DNA of 64,000 nucleotides from Planctomycetota bacterium (GTDB taxonomy: Bacteria > Planctomycetota > UBA8108 > SXIK01): positions 9,115,497-9,179,496 of the forward strand of contig OZ244999.1 in assembly GCA_965223265.1 (NCBI GenBank). Direction: 5' to 3'. The notes beneath the pieces were generated by a model. It had not been told where the DNA came from. It saw only the letters and a program-made list of their open reading frames with translations, and made no database searches. Shown here in pieces: positions 60,645-64,000 of this stretch. Every line of letters starts with the position of its first letter. Position 1 is the first letter of the stretch. The position numbers and the translations under genes are program-made.

Positions 60645-61214
60645 TTATCGACTGACTCGACTGACGAACTTTCCTGTCGTCGTGTCGACTCGCACCGTTT
60701 CCCCTGCCGCAATGTGCTCTGGTACCTGTACTGCGTGCCCTGTCTGCAGGATTGCTTTCTTCGTCCGCGCCGTCGCCGAGTTGCCTTTGACCGCTGGATC
60801 GCACTCCGTGATCTCGAGCTCGACAGCAAGTGGCAGCTCGATCGCGACGACCTCGTCGTCAACGACGAGCGCCTTGAGGTCGTCCATGTTGTCGTACATG
60901 TACCTCAGCTCATCTTCGAGCTCCTCTATGACCATGGAGAACTGATCGTAGCTTTCTAGATCCATGAAATGGCACAGGCTCGTGTCCTTGTAGAGGAACT
61001 GGACGCCACGTCGTTCGAACTGGGGCTCGGGAATGCTCTCCCCTCCCTTGAAAACGGCGTCGACCTTTTGCTTGGTCTTGACGTTGCGTGCTCGCACCTT
61101 GTAGAGCGTGTTCGAACCTCGCGACGAAGGTGTTTGTACCGCAACGCGTTCGACGAAGCACGCCGCTCCGTTCACCGAGATGACTGCACCGCGTTTGAGG
61201 TCCGACGAGTTCAT
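60645..61214 (-). CDS. yeiP: Elongation factor P-like protein (EfpL/YeiP type)
   Basis: Loop QTPSSRGSNTLYKVR (cf. YeiP SPTARGAATLYKMR), FMDLESYDQ, KGNSATARTK.A.LQTG, VDTTTGKFVSR; GGAGG RBS. Confidence 0.85.
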   Translation of the reverse strand: MNSSDLKRGAVISVNGAACFVERVAVQTPSSRGSNTLYKVRARNVKTKQKVDAVFKGGESIPEPQFERRGVQFLYKDTSLCHFMDLESYDQFSMVIEELEDELRYMYDNMDDLKALVVDDEVVAIELPLAVELEITECDPAVKGNSATARTKKAILQTGHAVQVPEHIAAGETVRVDTTTGKFVSRVSR

Positions 61215-61287
61215 CGAGGCTCGCCTCCGTGTCGTTTCTTGGTTTGATGATCGTGGGGCGTCATAGTATCGGCTCCGTCGCTCGCCG

Positions 61288-62961
61288 TCATGTGTCAATC
61301 GACGGGCGCGATGTGTGCTGCCGCGATGTGTACTGCCGTGACTCGGCGCTCGTCTCCGGCAGCGTTAGCGTGTGAAGCGACGGCTGCCCCGACACGGAAG
61401 TGATCTCGGCGCCTGTTGTTCGTTGTTTCGTCACGAACGCCTCATGGGGAGCTAGGTCGAATTCGCTCCGCACCTGCTGACAGAGGCGCATGGCCTTTGC
61501 TTCATCTTCGACGACGGCGTAGACGGCCGGCCCCCATGAACTCTGGCCGACGCCGCGAGCATCGCGGCCGCGTAGGAAGCGGACGACCGCCTCGACTGCC
61601 GGAGAGGCGAACGCTCCACCCTGCGCTGACGCGAAGAACTCGCCTGCCCGGATGCCGTATTCGTAGAGCGCCTCGCCGAACGCGCCGCAGTCGGCTTCGC
61701 GTAGCGCTGGGATGATGCCCAGTAGCAACAGCGCGCTCAGGCGGTCAACGAGCTGTTCGCGCGCCGCCGGCATCATCGCGAAGGCCGCTTCCTCCTCGCT
61801 CCCTGATCTCCCGGGTTGACCCGGTCCGAGAACGACAAGAACTCGCCAATCGTCCGGGAGGGTGTAACGTCCAACGAGCGCCGCGGTGCTGGTTGACGTC
61901 GACTTTCCGGACTCGACGATGAGTCCACCGCGATCGAACCCGTACAGTCCGACGGCTGACCGCGCACCGCGCCCGACGTGTGCTGCGAGCTCTCGCACGG
62001 TCTTCTCGCCGCCCGCGAGACGATCGAGAGCGGCCGCCACGGCGAGGCCGATCTGAGTACCGCTCCCAAGTCCAACGTGTCCGGGAAACGAGCTGGTGAC
62101 ACTGATGTGACACGACGGCGGCGACCCGCCAGCGTAGCGCGCCGCGAACGCCGCGACGCGGTCGGCTCCCTCGCCGTCACACAGAAACTCAGTTGCTGGT
62201 CGTGCCGTGACCTCGAGACGCGGTGCGTCGACCATGAGTCCAGCGCCGCCGAAGCGTCGCGCCGCGTCGCCGCTCGGGACCAAAAGACCGAAGTGGAGCC
62301 GAGCGCCGGTGCGGACGCGAACACACACATCGTCCGGGTGTTGCTGCGGCGCGTCGCCTTTCACGAGTCCGGCGCGTCGCACCGGGGCGCAGCTCGGTCC
62401 AGCGTGACCGTCATCTACGCACACGTCGCAAAGCGATTGGAAGGCCTCTTTGTCGTCAGGTCCTCCGGTCTTGTCCACGAGAACTTGTAGACTTTGGAGG
62501 CGAGCGCGGATTTCCTGCAATGGCAGCAGGTGTCGCCGCGTCGTCAGGATCGCTGCTTCCAGAACTGCGTGCTTGGCGCGGTTCCAGCCGAGGAAAGGTC
62601 GGATTTCCTCCCGTCGCACGACGCTCGCCTCAAGGCGGGCTCGCTCGCGTGTTGTGTCGATCTTCTCTACGTGTAGCTCGAACGCGCGGCATGCGTCTGC
62701 GATGATGCTGCCCTCGACGCGCTGTGCCGGCTTCAGTGGTGGCTGCACGTTACCGACAGCAGCGCGTGCGAGAAGCAGGGCATCGTCGGTCACGTGAAAC
62801 ACGGCTGCCCGTCGGGCCAGCAGGTTCGCGTACGTCCGGCCGCCGCGGTATGGACGCAGGCAGAAGTGTGTCAGATCGTCAGTCACCTCAGGCCCGAGAG
62901 GCGAGACATTGACCGTGCCGTCGGCATTGAGCGTCGTCAAGATGCCCTCGAGAATCAGCAT
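61288..62961 (-). CDS. Fusion: DUF447 domain + beta-RFAP synthase (MptG-like, GHMP family)
   Basis: N-terminal MLILEGILTT...NVSPLG...T..NL...NRAKHAVLEAAIL.TR (DUF447); C-terminal ARLHFGL, HVGLGSGTQ, GRGARSAVG, GGLIVE.G, GVGQSSWGP. Confidence 0.85.
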   Translation of the reverse strand: MLILEGILTTLNADGTVNVSPLGPEVTDDLTHFCLRPYRGGRTYANLLARRAAVFHVTDDALLLARAAVGNVQPPLKPAQRVEGSIIADACRAFELHVEKIDTTRERARLEASVVRREEIRPFLGWNRAKHAVLEAAILTTRRHLLPLQEIRARLQSLQVLVDKTGGPDDKEAFQSLCDVCVDDGHAGPSCAPVRRAGLVKGDAPQQHPDDVCVRVRTGARLHFGLLVPSGDAARRFGGAGLMVDAPRLEVTARPATEFLCDGEGADRVAAFAARYAGGSPPSCHISVTSSFPGHVGLGSGTQIGLAVAAALDRLAGGEKTVRELAAHVGRGARSAVGLYGFDRGGLIVESGKSTSTSTAALVGRYTLPDDWRVLVVLGPGQPGRSGSEEEAAFAMMPAAREQLVDRLSALLLLGIIPALREADCGAFGEALYEYGIRAGEFFASAQGGAFASPAVEAVVRFLRGRDARGVGQSSWGPAVYAVVEDEAKAMRLCQQVRSEFDLAPHEAFVTKQRTTGAEITSVSGQPSLHTLTLPETSAESRQYTSRQHTSRPSIDT

Positions 62962-63578
62962 CGCTTCGTCACGCCTCCGGCCAGCTCTGGCCGCGAGGGA
63001 ATGGTCGTTTGGCTCGCGGGATCGTCGAGGAAGTTTGCTATGAGGAGATGACCGGTCTCGGTGAGCACGCTTTCCGGATGAAACTGCAGGCCGACGATCG
63101 GCAGCTCACGGTGGCGAATCGCCATGACCGTGCCGTCGTCAAGCTGCGCCGTCACCTCCAGCTCTGGAGGCACGGTATCAGGGGCCACGACCAGAGAGTG
63201 GTAACGCGCGGCCGTGAGCGGCGAGTTGATGCCGGCGAACACACCGCGTCCATTGTGATGGATGAGACCAATGCGTCCATGGACTGGTTCGCCGCGCACC
63301 ACTTGGGCTCCAAACGCCGCACCGATGACCTGATGGCCGAGGCAAATGCCGAGGAGCGGGATATCTCCTCCGAGCTCGCGGACAAGGTCGAGGCAGACGC
63401 CGGCATGGTCGGGCGCCTTCGGGCCGGGCGAGAGAAGAATCGCGTCGGGCGCGTCCGCGCGCACCTCAGCAAGCGAGATGGCGTCGTTGCGCACGACTCT
63501 CGTCTTGAACCCGAGCTCTTCAGCGTAGCGGGCCAAGTTGAAGACGAAGCTGTCGTAGTTATCGATGATGAGTAGCAT
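62955..63578 (-). CDS. pabA: Aminodeoxychorismate/anthranilate synthase component II (glutamine amidotransferase)
   Basis: MLLIIDNYDSFVFNL, SPGP, GICLGHQ, RYHSL, QFHPES; pabA preferred over trpG from context. Confidence 0.9.
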   Translation of the reverse strand: MLLIIDNYDSFVFNLARYAEELGFKTRVVRNDAISLAEVRADAPDAILLSPGPKAPDHAGVCLDLVRELGGDIPLLGICLGHQVIGAAFGAQVVRGEPVHGRIGLIHHNGRGVFAGINSPLTAARYHSLVVAPDTVPPELEVTAQLDDGTVMAIRHRELPIVGLQFHPESVLTETGHLLIANFLDDPASQTTIPSRPELAGGVTKRC

Positions 63579-63698
63579 GGTGGGTCGCGGGCGGGCAGCT
63601 GATCCTGAGCCGTGTGGGCTTGGGCAGCGGCAGAACTCGAGGTGCACGCGTCGCACGGTCACTCCCATGCAGGCTGCATCGAGTCTGCCTCCCCCGGC

Positions 63699-64000
63699 TC
63701 ACGGCGACGGTGCCGGGTAGAGTCCTGTTTCGGTGAATTCTGGGGCACGCAGGTTGACGCTGCTCACTTTCTCAACCTCGCAGGCTACCATGGGAAAGTG
63801 CGGATCGACAATTCCCTTCCGCGCCGCCTCCTCGTAGCTGAGCTCTCCTTCTAGAGGAATGCTCTTTAAAAGGATGAGCTCGGGCGCTTGAAGTGTCGTG
63901 GCGATTCTCGCCGCGATGGAGTCGCTGGTGACGCGCCAACGACGAGGCAGCGGTTCCGATGAATGCGTGTCGACGTCGCGAACGAATGCGAATGCGTCGT
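63699..64000 (-). CDS. Amino-acid-kinase-family protein, MfnE/Orf21-like (5' part outside the window)
   Basis: Manual translation: LPRRWRVTSDSIAARIA...ELILLKS...GIVDPHFP...VNLR, stop TGA at 63699; absent from the ORF track. Confidence 0.75.
   Translation of the reverse strand, partial: DAFAFVRDVDTHSSEPLPRRWRVTSDSIAARIATTLQAPELILLKSIPLEGELSYEEAARKGIVDPHFPMVACEVEKVSSVNLRAPEFTETGLYPAPSP

Overview
GC-rich bacterial chromosomal window, most consistent with Planctomycetota: three DUF1501 genes, two PSD1/planctomycete-cytochrome genes, two sulfatases, a PVC-type CxxCH protein, a TIGR02999-like ECF sigma factor and C1-cofactor genes. Housekeeping and metabolic content includes hemF, trpS, tex, ligA, a Mo-oxidoreductase, LPS-type glycosyltransferases and kinase, a full pstSCAB-B-phoU operon, an EF-P-like gene and pabA. 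Two genes cut by the window edges are missing from the ORF track: a PafA/Dop-family Pup-ligase homologue with a membrane insertion (left edge) and an MfnE/Orf21-like kinase (right edge). Most notable: (1) 25.66-27.6 kb holds a convergent pair of Avd-like four-helix-bundle genes, each behind a conserved, covarying ~170-nt hairpin leader with the geometry of a single-stranded-DNA (Frpo-type) promoter, embedded in hexamer/12-mer arrays and a GTAG-type REP; (2) a 62-aa Pup-like ORF ending in GAE lies upstream of the membrane PafA homologue; (3) the PstB pair is reciprocally degenerate; (4) a DUF447-RFAP-synthase fusion sits in a methanopterin/methanofuran-type cluster. All calls come from reading motifs by eye; no searches were run.
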